64,000 nucleotides of DNA from Paramecium tetraurelia (Eukaryota). The notes beneath the pieces were generated by a model. The model had not been told where the DNA came from, made no database searches, and saw only the letters and a program-made list of their open reading frames with translations. The stretch's first letter is position 1, and the number at the start of each line of letters is the position of its first letter. The stretch spans positions 124,001 through 188,000 of the forward strand of contig CT868024.1 of the NCBI GenBank assembly GCA_000165425.1. The letters run 5' to 3'. Both the position numbers and the translations under genes were made by a program. Shown here piece after piece: positions 46,327 to 59,380 of this stretch.

Positions 46327-47354
46327 TCAAGTATCTTCACATACATATATATATACATAAAACCTTAATCAAAAAGAACTTTTATATTGATTTGCCTTGT
46401 AATCTCCGTCCTTGTACCCATTGCAAAATTTTCGAATATCATCTTTCTTGATACCTATATCATTCTAACTGTCAATTTTGAATTCTTATTAATATATTTA
46501 CTCTTCCTATTAAAACAGCTTCTCCATTGTGGTTTCCCCCTGATAAGTTAAAATTTAATTCATGTAGGTTTTATAAATTTTGAACGAGGGAGCCTCACAG
46601 GATGAAATTCGTATTTCAACCAAACTAGTCTTGCTGCAATATTCTCTCAAGAAACTCTTGATTGCAAACAACATGACCGAAGCCAGTTTACTTCTTGCAA
46701 TTTGATTGATTTGCTAATCCATCACAGAAAAGGCGATTGATTTCACTCCCAATTCCGTTGCTTTCTCCAAACAATTAACTACTGCCTCATACACAATTTG
46801 AATTTCCCTTGACTGCGTAGAATCGAATTTCCACTTGTCAGCATATGCAGTAATAGAATTTACCCTGAAGTTCTCCTCAATTGAATATGCCATCTCCTAT
46901 TCGTAGGACTCATTCAACACTATTATTGAAGCATCAGTAGCACTAGGCAATACTGCAAAGAACAAGTAATCGTATGGCATCTAAAATCTTTATACAATAA
47001 ATCACTTCTCCAGCATGAGTATGTACAACAGATCCCAATTATACTTTTCCTCCCTAGCTCAAAAGAGTTTGGTGCAATTCATTCAATATCTAATCGCCTG
47101 CAAACTTCCTGTCTAATTAATCACACAAACTACTTAATGTGTTCTGATTGCTAACAGTTCAACTTCAATTTCTGAGTTGTAGTCAACACTATTATGTCTA
47201 CTTACTCATTAAATAATTTCCCGAGACTTAAAACTACACGACAGCCATTAATGTCTGTTTATTGAATAACTTATGCTTGTGGTCTTCCATCCTGTCTGCA
47301 AATCTAAGATTGGAATTCCGCCTAAGTGGAACAACAAATAGACCTATTGCCCAT
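46327..47354 (-). CDS. Macro-domain-containing protein with acylation-type N-terminus (3' end approximate)
   Basis: MGNRSICC...; VVLSLGKLFNEQVDIIV; AVVNCLEKATELGVKSIAFS. Confidence 0.68.
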
Positions 47355-47394
47355 TAATATATATTATATATAATATATTTAATTATGTCTCATA

Positions 47395-48654
47395 TCATTT
47401 CAATGCATCCATCAATTTGTTTTTGATTGCCTAAGCCATCTGACTAACATCCTTCACGCCTCCATTATCCTTCAAATCGATATTTTTAACCACCGTCTTC
47501 CATCCCTCTTCCTTCTACACCTTTTCTCTTATGATAGCCCTATTCTATGACTTTCTTTAGTTTGCCTATTCTGCAAAATCACTATAATCGCATAAATTTA
47601 CTTATGTTACCTCATGAACTTCCTTACATACTCTTGGCCTTATTTTCTTCTCTGTTCTTTTAGTTTCCTCTCCGCTTCCTATATTAAATTTACACAATTC
47701 TTTTACATCCTTTTCCCTTTGCTGACTTAAGTATACATTTTGTTTATTGGATTGATTATTGGCAACTACATCATCAAATGCACTAAAGGCAGTCTGAGTT
47801 TCAATTTTGACCTAAGGCTCTGAACTTTTTACACTTTCTTCATCAAATACGAACTCCTCATAATTCCCTTAAATTAGATTTGGCTATGCTTAGGATTGAT
47901 TCTAATTAGTAGGTTTGAGTTGTGTCTCCAAATAAACTTGATTTTCATCGGATAATTATTATTGATTCTTAACATTCTCCTTTCCCATCAGAAAATCGAA
48001 TTCCAACCCATGGGCCCTCTAATCAGCACTCCCCAAGACGATTTTCTTTGTGCTTGTTCCGCCATATGTGGTAGGAATAGGAACAGGACATTATTCAGGT
48101 GCTTCAAGGCCTTCAAATGATTTACTTACTAGATGAAATTAGGAAGGATGCAGGAGAGTCCAATTGTTAACTTCAGTATTTGGGGTGAAATCAAATACTT
48201 CACTCCATTTGTTATTTTCAGGATCCAACTTGGCTTTACCAAAGTCATCTGTGATACCAGGATAAGCAAAATTGTATGGAGCAAATGTAATGCCTGTTGA
48301 TTTTTCAAGTGCTGGATCACTTGAAGTGTAGACAAAACATTATATACTAGCGAATAGACATTTGATTAATTACTTATTTGAATTTGAGACCCTAAATTAA
48401 CTAGATGCTGCACTTATCTCAATATTTTCACATTTTCTAACAAAGATAGAGCCTCCCACTGGGCCAATAAAGATTTTACAATTCTTGCTCAGATCCACGA
48501 AAATTTATGCAGCATGATCACAAATGTAAATGGTACACTCCTCACAATTGGAGATTACAAAGTCCAATCCATTTAATTATCCAGGGCTTTTAATCAATTC
48601 TTCTCCTGTTTTCTTTCGAAATTAATAATCCTCCCTATTTAATTTAGCTTTCAT
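47395..48654 (-). CDS. XRP2/TBCC-domain protein with clathrin-light-chain-like C-terminus
   Basis: DYQFRKKTGEELIKKPGQLNGLDFVISNCEECTIYICDH..IFIGPVGGSIFVRKC..QFR..FAPYNFAYP..NNKWSEVFDFTP (RP2-like). Tail ...QNRA...GWKTVVKNIDLK...KDVSQM. Confidence 0.85.
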
Positions 48655-49170
48655 TTCAACAACAAACTCTTAAAAATATATATAAATTAAATCATATTTT
48701 CTTCCAAAGGATTAATCTTCATCGAGTAACACATCATTATCAACTCTAAGTGAATGGAGATTTAAGGATCAAATATTGGGTTTAGACATTTGAAATTGTA
48801 TCGAGACATTATAATATAACTTGAATCGACTGAATATGTATTGTTTAATCATATTAAGCCCATTCTATTAAGATTATTATAAGATAGTTTTGTATAAATA
48901 ATGCAAATATTATAATCTATTTATAGCTTTGCCAATATCTTAAAATATTGTAACATTAAATTGCACTAATTCTCAATTCTTTTGTATCTTATAAGTTCAG
49001 ATTGAAGGATAATCATTTTATATTTTCTATCATGTTTCAAATGCTCTCTATTAATTATATATTTTTTATGCTTTGGGTTCTTCTTGATTTCTATTTTTGA
49101 TTCTAAAATATAAGTGGTACTATGCATGTGTTATATTATTCATCAACGAATTAATTTAAATAAATTCAAA

Positions 49171-50827
<1,657 letters not shown>

Positions 50828-50864
50828 ATTCATTAATCAAGCTTTCCTATTTCAAATTGAAATC

Positions 50865-51879
50865 TCAAAAATTTTCCTCCATCTCCTCCAAAAACTCTTA
50901 TTCCTCCTCATCTGATTCCGAAGTTATACATTCGAATCCCTCCTGCCCTTTCTCTTCAAAAAAGTTCTCCTTCACCAAATATCTGATTGCCTACAAAATA
51001 TATTGTCTCTCTCTGTAGATTTCCCCAATCAACATATTTGTATACAGAGTGTTACTCTTGTACCTAAAGTTTGCAGGGTTTACTCTGTAATTCAAAGATT
51101 CATCCAATAAATTCTCCCTATTGTTATAATCACAAAAATTACATTTTCTCTTTCTACTCTTCCAAATTGCCGATCATCTCCTTTGTATGATCTTCTAAAG
51201 TTTATGTATTTTCTGGTCTTTTGACTTACTACTATTATTACTACTCTTAAACTTGTTCAGCCTCTGGATTTAATTGCTTTAACTACAATTTGAGATCCTT
51301 AATTTTCTTTTTGATTATTTACTTTTCCATTTTTGATAGTTATTATTACTCCCCTCCTTCCTTGGCTTTTTTATAGTATTCTTTTGGTCTATTATCACTA
51401 AGTTTCTTTTGTAATTTAGTTATTTCTTTTGAGATCGCTTCTTTATCATCTAATTTTTTATCTTCTTCCTATTGATTACTCGCTTCTGATTCAGAACTTT
51501 CTTATGGTTCATTGTTGAATTTCTTCTTGATTCTTTTTGATTCAGTGAGCACTTTGCAAAGTTCCTTCATTTACTTGGCTTTAATTTAGGTTCTTCTGCA
51601 GCTGCCACTTAAAATAGATATTTTTTTTCTCAATTTTTATTCCAAGATAGAAAGTTCTTATGCGTTTTCATCCAATGCAGGCCTATCTTTATTGGGGTAT
51701 CTCTTTCTTCTCTATTCTAACCATTTCTTGATTTCATCAGGTGCATCTAAAACAGGATCCTTTTTAATAGGAGGAGGTCTGTGTTTAGGCATTAATTTTT
51801 CAGGGGAAGACAAATCGATATGGAGATTAGGGATGAAGTCAGGCAACTTGTAAATAATCTGAGTATTAATAGCAAACAT
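50865..51879 (-). CDS. NUFIP1: NUFIP1/Rsa1-like box C/D snoRNP assembly factor
   Basis: DAPDEIKKWLEQRRKRYP and C-terminal LYTNMLIGEIYRERQYILQAIRYLVKENFF. Confidence 0.82.
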
Positions 51880-52002
51880 GTTTTTATTTGTTCACAAATT
51901 AATTTTAATAACCAATAAAATATTGAATTATAAGAGGTTGATAAAAGTGGAGATAAAATGATGAGAAATATTAATTTATTTCTGCCTTCATAGTATAATC
52001 AA

Positions 52003-53165
52003 TCAAACAAAGAATCTTGTATTGTAGTTGAACCCGCCTTCATTATAATCGTAGTAGAGTACTTCCCCTGTCCTAATATCTCGACAAGCGTACAAGATCA
52101 CTCTCGATTCGCCCTCCACATTGAACCTTTAGGATTTCACATTTTATTATTATTTTTTACTATTTTTTTTGGTGTTATTAATTCCTGATAAATATTTAGC
52201 AAGATTTCCATATTTTTAGGGTATGATCACCAAAGAAGTGGCAGCAAAATTGGTTTCAAGCAAACTCATCATGGAATCGGATGTACTATACACTTGATCA
52301 GCAAATCGAAACACTTCCCCTGCATATTCACATATCAATGTATTATTGGCTATTGGCTGAACTGCCTTCACATAAAATCCCTAATCCATATTGTATTCCA
52401 CTATCACAGGAGCATAATAGCCGTGTTTGGTCACCTACTTATACCTTTTGAAAGCCTCGAGATCCTTTCCTGTTAATGGTGCCAATTTTTCAAGAGCCAC
52501 ATCATTGTCTTGTTTCGAAACTGATTCGTACACTAGATCATCATTGAAACTAATATTCTGACAATAGAGTGCATATTGGATGGAATTGAAACACTTTTCA
52601 CGTAGAGTGTCATCGTAAATGCAACAGGGTAAAATGAAAGAGTTCTGGTTTTTCAATGAGATTTTTAGCGGTAGGAATTAAACCAAATTTTTATTTTATT
52701 TTATTTTTGGCGGTTTTTATTGCTCACAGAATATACATATAGGCGCTACTTTTTTTGGGCCATAACACTTGCTATGAAACACTTTAGAACATTTAGAACA
52801 AAATTCCTCATCATCACACTATACATGCTTTTAACATCGCCCACATAAAGTATCTATTTCCAATTCATTTGTATCTGGAAATGTATTCTTAAGCTCAAGA
52901 CAACGAGTGCATGTCCATTTTTTTGGTTTGCGTGTCAATTTGGGTCTCTGAAGTATAACTTGAAATATTACCATGCAAGACAGATGATATACATCTTCGC
53001 ATATTCCACATCCAACTGATTTCTGTCTTATTATCCAAGATTTGCATTCATGCACATACTTTATTTTTTTTTGAACTTTTACAGTTCTAACCTCTTTTCT
53101 TCTTATGGATCAAAAATTGAAATTGGTTGCGTGTTGCTTTACTCCTTGATGCTCTGAGTACTCAT
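52003..53165 (-). CDS. PHD-SET histone H3K27 monomethyltransferase, ATXR5/6 (Tetrahymena TXR1) type
   Basis: CGICEDVYHLSC..WTCTRC; second Cys/His cluster; QGFYVKA..TLICEYAGEV..DSMMSLL..GNLAKYLSGINN..LYYDYN..YNTRFFV. Confidence 0.9.
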
Positions 53166-53798
53166 TATAAATATTATTAATTATTATGCACATAAATTTT
53201 GCGCTATTTAATGATACAACTATAATGGACGCAAAGAGAAAACCATTAAGTTTATAAAATTTATTATTTTGCCTACAATTATTTGGCAATCATATATAAA
53301 ATATAATTCATTATTTAATATTAGTTTTTTTTCTAATCAACTCAGTAATTACTAATTCATTCTTAACACTTAACCCAAAATTCAATTACACAAAAATTTC
53401 AACCAAATTACGAAATTACATCAACCCACATCCAAATTCCATCACCACCAATATTTAATCAAGTCGTATTACCAAAATAAACATTTCCTATAATTTCTCA
53501 AAAATACTAAATTAAACAAAAAACTTTCTTTGATTTTAAAATTAAATATCAAGAATTTTTAACGTTTAAATATAAATATATATTCATTTTTACATAAAAC
53601 TTACATTAACATATATACACACTTGATCAATTAATTAAAAAAGCCTATGACTATAAAAAATCTTATAATTACTCATTACTATACGACTAAAAATTTATTA
53701 CGTTTTTGGAATGGTTAAATCCTAAGATTTCCTCAATCACCATTAATCAATTTAGAGTTGTACTTGAAATACTCAAAAATGCCATAAGTATTAACCAA

Positions 53799-53869
53799 GG
53801 CTTTCTAGTATATCGGTAGTATGCATGCTTAGGGTGCATGTGAGCCGGGTTCAATTCCCGGGAGAGCCC
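53799..53869 (+). tRNA. tRNA-Pro (anticodon AGG)
   Basis: Acceptor GGCTTTC/GAGAGCC; anticodon arm CATGC-TTAGGGT-GCATG; T arm CCGGG-TTCAATT-CCCGG; discriminator C. Confidence 0.93.
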
Positions 53870-53871
53870 TC

Positions 53872-53878
53872 TTTTTTA
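53872..53878 (+). terminator. RNA polymerase III oligo-T terminator
   Basis: T-run immediately after the tRNA 3' end. Confidence 0.7.
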
Positions 53879-54168
53879 TATTATTTTTATAATTAATAAA
53901 ATAATTTTAATTTCAAATTATATTCATCTATTATTATACTTCCTTTCAAAATTGAAAATTATTTGAAACTGAGGCTTACCCTAAAAATACTAAGAATTAA
54001 CATAACATTAACAATTCACTTGAAGTTCAGCTTGCATATCTAATTCATATATTATAGAATATCCAAATGATAAAAATAACTCATGAATAGAATTATTTAT
54101 AGATTGAAATGGAAGAGAATAATCTTATAGTTTTTGTTGGATTGATATAAATATTTGATAAATTAAAA

Positions 54169-55571
54169 TCACAACTCCATTTCTTACATTTCTATTTAGT
54201 TGATTTTTCTTAAAAAGTCTCCATCTATATCAACTTTACATAATTTATACAGCAAAGGCAATAGTGTGATCAAAAACAAGGAGAAATATAATTCTAAAAA
54301 TAGTTATCCAATTATTAGATATATAATATTAATGTCCAAATCATTGCTCATTACTACTTATCTAATCAGAATATGAATAGCCAATTGTGATATCAGTAAG
54401 CCAATAAGTATCAAAACCCTAACGAAACCTTTTAGTGTAAAAGTTTAGTGATCGTATTATTCTGGTTTATATTAGCCTGGAGTGAAATAGCAGCATAAGT
54501 AAAGATAGAAGGGTAAAAAGAGTGCACAAGTCCCAACCATTTCCTGTTTTTCAAAAGACATATTGAAACGATAGAATTGATTTACACATTTAGAGTTGCC
54601 CTTAAAGAATTGACCCCATTCTTATTATAACTAAATCAACTCATCATCATTGGTCCTAAGAATATAAAGTAGAAGTGAAATTAATAATGGAAATGTTAAG
54701 CAAAGAGCCAATTTTCCTATATGACGAAGTTTGTTATTAAGTTAATCCTATTAATTATAGATTGCTTATTAAAATAATCTCTCTATTTGTTTTTCGAATT
54801 CGCAATAATAATAAACATAAAGTATATATCCACCTACAACCCATCCCATTATTACCTAACTCAGATAATTCAAGCCAAAATATGAGTTGGATATACCTGT
54901 AATAAATAAAAAGAAAGCCAACATGAATTTGTATTGATTATAACTAAACATTGAATTTGGATAGAGTTATGTGTAAAGATCGCGACTTATTATAATAAGA
55001 ATACTTATACTTTGACAATTGTTTGTATTGATATTGAAGTTTTCTATCTTAATTAATTGAACTAAGAACACCTAAATCGTTGGCCTAGACTTTATATTTT
55101 TTAAATAATAAAGTTTCTGATACAATTACATAAAACACGATAGACCTTAAAGCATTATCGCTAGGGTCTCCATAACCCTTTTAACAGAAATCCAATCGAA
55201 CATCAGATTCTTCATAAAAGGGTCTAGGTTAAATTAAGATCAGTTTGATGAAATGTCCAAGAAAAGCAGTAATCGAATAAATTGTAATTAATTTTAAAAC
55301 TTGCTCTTTCAATCCTGATTTCAACCAAAGAATTACAAATAACAACCCCATAAATTATCGACCTCCAAATACATAAAAAATAAGCAGGAAACTCTCTAAT
55401 TATAATTGATCTATTCTATTTACCTACTAATCCATTTTCATCCCCATAATCAAATTACTATTACATATATTCAGTGATTGAATCACTTAAATCAAAGGTT
55501 GCCTTTCCGTATGTGTAATCTAGCAATACTAAAATACACAACAATAAAGTTGAAAGTATTAATTTTTACAT
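54169..55571 (-). CDS. PAP2-superfamily multi-pass membrane protein with degenerate catalytic motifs
   Basis: C1 KLILIQPRP; C2 GDPSDNA; C3 GISNSYFGLNYLSQVIMGW. Many TM segments; ends ...EMQEMEL-TGA. Confidence 0.78.
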
Positions 55572-55611
55572 TATGTATTTTTATTTATTAATATAAAATA
55601 TAAAGACAATA

Positions 55612-56843
55612 TCAATCTAATTTGAGTTTTGAGTATGATTTCAAAGCAATAGGAATGTTTACTACTGCCTAAGTAGCAAACACTTTGTTTTACACAACAA
55701 ATTCCAAAATCAATGAACCAAAAAACCAAAATATTAGGAATATCGACAAATACTGCATCCATGAAAATTTCAAGGCTTCAATAATCTCCGTCTAATACAT
55801 TACCATCTCCTTATTTGGAATTTGCAAAGTCATATTTATTGTTAATTATGAAGAATGACTCAAATAAACAGGTAAATAAACACCCTTTTGGATGTCCACT
55901 GTTTAAGTTGTGTTTGTATTATTTGTTGTGGTGTCATTAGTGGTTGTCTGAAATGCTATTGGAAATTAATCCTTATCAGATTCTGTTTCTCTTGCAGGTG
56001 TGTTTGTAACTTCCAAGGCTGTGGTTGGAGGAACTATATATGACACATAATCATAAAAGATTGACTCTAACATTAAAGACCTAATTATACCATTTCGATT
56101 GTAGATCGTATTCTCAATTATTTCTATTGGGTCTAAGAGTACTTAGCCTAATCCGTTGTAGTATGATGAATAGTTATATTTCGTTCTTGGTGTTTTCCTA
56201 AAATGTCTATTCATTCACAGTACCCTGAAAAAATTGGATGTCTCTAACTCAATCTCAACTGTCCAATCGTAGATGCAGAAGATATCCCATGTGGAGATTT
56301 CAAAGATGCAAAGGCATATCCCTGCATATTCATACTGATAGTCTCATCTAAATCGTATTCATAAAATATCAGGATTTGAATTTCCCTTATTGATTTTATC
56401 ACTTATTCCGTGAGCAAATCAATGAAGAAATTAGAAGTGAAGTTACTAGTTTTGGCTTGAATTTCATCTTGTTCATTCTGACTTAATGATTTTTGCTGCA
56501 AATCATTCAAAAACTATTACACTAAAATAAAATGCACCAGGTTAAGTTGCCCCCAATACTAATTATATTTCAGGAATATTCGTATAGGTTTTCTGAGTCC
56601 CGTCGCTCAAGAGGATTTTCAAATAATATTCATCAAAACTACTCACTTTCGGAGTTTGAAATGTTGTCCTTTTCAAAATCCAAAAATCTAGTAATAAACA
56701 CAACTCAAACCTGAAGTTGTAAATCCTATAAAAAAAGGAAGCATAATCATCACCATGTAGAGAAATACACAAAATAAAAAGGCTCCTGAACATTTATTTG
56801 CAAAATAAAGCGTAGCATATTATTCTCTAATTAAATTTACCAT
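55612..56843 (-). CDS. TMEM231: Ciliary transition-zone protein TMEM231
   Basis: N-terminal YFANKCSGAFLF..LPFF..FWILKRTTFQTPKV; C-terminal LKFSWMQYLSIFLIFWFF..FVVQNKV. Confidence 0.8.
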
Positions 56844-57595
56844 TTAAAATTTTATAATTTCTATAACTATATCACGCATTCTCAATACACACCTAAATCG
56901 TTATTAATTCAATTGAATCTAAGCATTTATCTCTTTGTAATTGGTTATTATGCTATACACTCTTATTGTCTCGAGTATTCTTGAAAACAAAGAAGACAAT
57001 GCAAAGCAAGTTCTCTTTCCTATTCAAATATTAGGAATATTAAATCAGTTATGGTATTTTGTGTTATGCTAAAGTATTAGTATTTTACACTTAATTAATT
57101 ATATTATAAAATCCAATGAAACATAAATTTTTTAAATATTTACAATTTTATGGCTTCCTTATGATTCTTCTTTAATGAATTAAAAATTTAGTTATATTAG
57201 AGTAAACAAATATATTTTTAGGTAAATCAATAATATTTAAATTCTCGATAAATTTATTGAAACTAAATTAACCGTCAAAATATAAGCTAAAATTTTAAGT
57301 TATTATTAATGATTATATCGTATCTTCGATAATCATTTAAATTTGTGTATTATCTAAATTTATATATAAAGTTTTATTATATTTAATTTTTTTGTTGCTA
57401 TGAAATAATAAGAAATTAAATCAAAGCAAATTTTTAAACGTATTTTTGTTGTAGGTATGGATAATTTATGATGAATAAAATATAAAGCAATTATAATGGA
57501 GATATATCTTATATATAAGTAATCTTAATTATCACTTATTTACCTCATAACTGATCTTTAAATTAGGCTGAAAATACTTAAGAATATTAGAAATT

Positions 57596-58698
57596 TCAAG
57601 AAAATCTTTTGTTTATGTGTTAAAAATATAATTATATATTGAATAATAGTTCAAATCCATGCTAATTCTTTATATCCACAAGGGTTCTTGTTTTTATATA
57701 AAAGGGTTTGCTTACAATTCATGGATTGTTAGAAAATCTCATACTCTTGTTGAGTATTTTTCTTATTAAAGTAATCAATTTGGTTCTAGTATATCCTTTA
57801 AGGATTCATAAGAAAGGATTTAAGGGGTTCATCGACTTTAAAGAGCCAAAATTCTATGAACACGATTTGATTTGGGTTTACTTGTGTTCTTTTAAACATT
57901 TGTCTCTATTCTACAGTGCATTTGTATTGAGCACCTTCATATGAGTTAATATAAGTTTCAAATGATCGAAATGATTAGATCGAATTGGCAGAAAGATCAC
58001 ACCATACATTTAGAGAAGGCCCAAGATCGAAAATAGATGGAAGTGTTTTTGTCTCATGCAAGTGGTTTAGCATCATTTCCTTACTCACTCCCATAAGAGT
58101 ATAGAATTAATCATTAACAATTCTCTAAGACAAAGAACTGGAATCCTTATTAACCTTTTGGATCGTACATTGATAAGGATACTCTTGAGCTATTTTTTCG
58201 ACATCAAGTAGATCTTCGTTTGAAATATATGGTTATGAAGTATATTCTTGAAGAATCTTGTGTCGTTCCTGGACTAATTAAGCTGCCTTAATAGCATGAG
58301 GGTCAGTTTAATGAGAAAGTAGTTAGATGATTTGATCAATGGAGTGGTTGGCTTGGTCTAGTAATTCAAGAGTGTAAAAGTAGACGTCATCAATTTAGTC
58401 AGTGCGTGAGACTCTATAATTATAGGTGCAGGGTGTTTCTTTTAAAGCACCTAGACAATGATCTGGTATAAAAGAAAGAGCTAATTTGAGTTCAACGTTC
58501 GATTTGATATAGACATGTTCTTTAAATGGTTTTGGCACTGAAACTAAACAGATGAGTTGTTTTTATGAGTGACGTTTTCTTGTTTAGGGTTCTATTTTTA
58601 TAAAAAACCTTACTTTTTTTTTATATATTCTTAGATTGTAATGATTAAGTAAGGGACTCATCATGCATCCCTACTCTTTGGCGAACTATTAAGCTCAT
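57596..58698 (-). CDS. Hypothetical protein (Paramecium-type family, C-terminal CGYK motif)
   Basis: MSLIVRQRVG..., one 22-nt intron, then an open code-6 frame including VNDQFYTLMG, INSYEG and KNPCGYKRI. Confidence 0.72.
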
Positions 58699-58849
58699 TA
58701 TTGAATTTTAATTTAATATTATAAGAAATATGCAAATCCTTTTGGATATATTTGAAATTAATGAATAGTATTGCTGAATTGCAATTCGGAATGTAATATC
58801 AAATTTATATATTTTTATATTATTACTGCATGATCTCAATAATAATTAA

Positions 58850-59193
58850 ATGAGTATAAATTAATAATTCTGATCCTTTAGCCATTAAGTTATTAGGAAA
58901 TTGCATTGAGTCGGCGACATTTCTGAGGATGAACATACTTTTAAGATTGACAAAGGGAGAGAGGAAAAATAAAGTATTAAAAAATGTAAGTTATTTTGGA
59001 ATAAAATAAATATAGGGTTGTATGAAAATCTAATTGACAAGCATAAACTATTGTAAGCTAAGCTGCCACCCGTTTTCTGATTTGGTTTTTGAGTGAACTT
59101 GACAAACAGATTTATGAGTCAAAATCTGATGCTTCGAATGTCACTCTGAAATAGGTCTCTTCTTTAATTATCTAAATGAGATTTTATATATGA
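58850..59193 (+). pseudogene. Probable gene remnant
   Basis: Coding-like frame with a canonical intron (gtaagt...atag, about 58986-59015) but several in-frame TGAs. Confidence 0.3.
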
Positions 59194-59380
59194 TTTAATA
59201 TTATGGGAAGTATAAAATAAAGGAAGTAGTCAAATTTTATGAAGGAATTTTGAGGGTTCATATTTGCAAGTGATCGATTAGGTAATAAATTGAATATTAT
59301 TAATCACATGATCAAAAATGTTCATGTTTTTTATATTGGAATTGAACGTATATATAATTATTTGAAATTTTGAAATATCG

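Noticed and set aside
53330..53560. C/A-skewed tract resembling telomeric or fragmentation sequence
   Set aside because: There are no tandem C4A2/C3A3 repeats, only scattered CCCA/CCAAA words.
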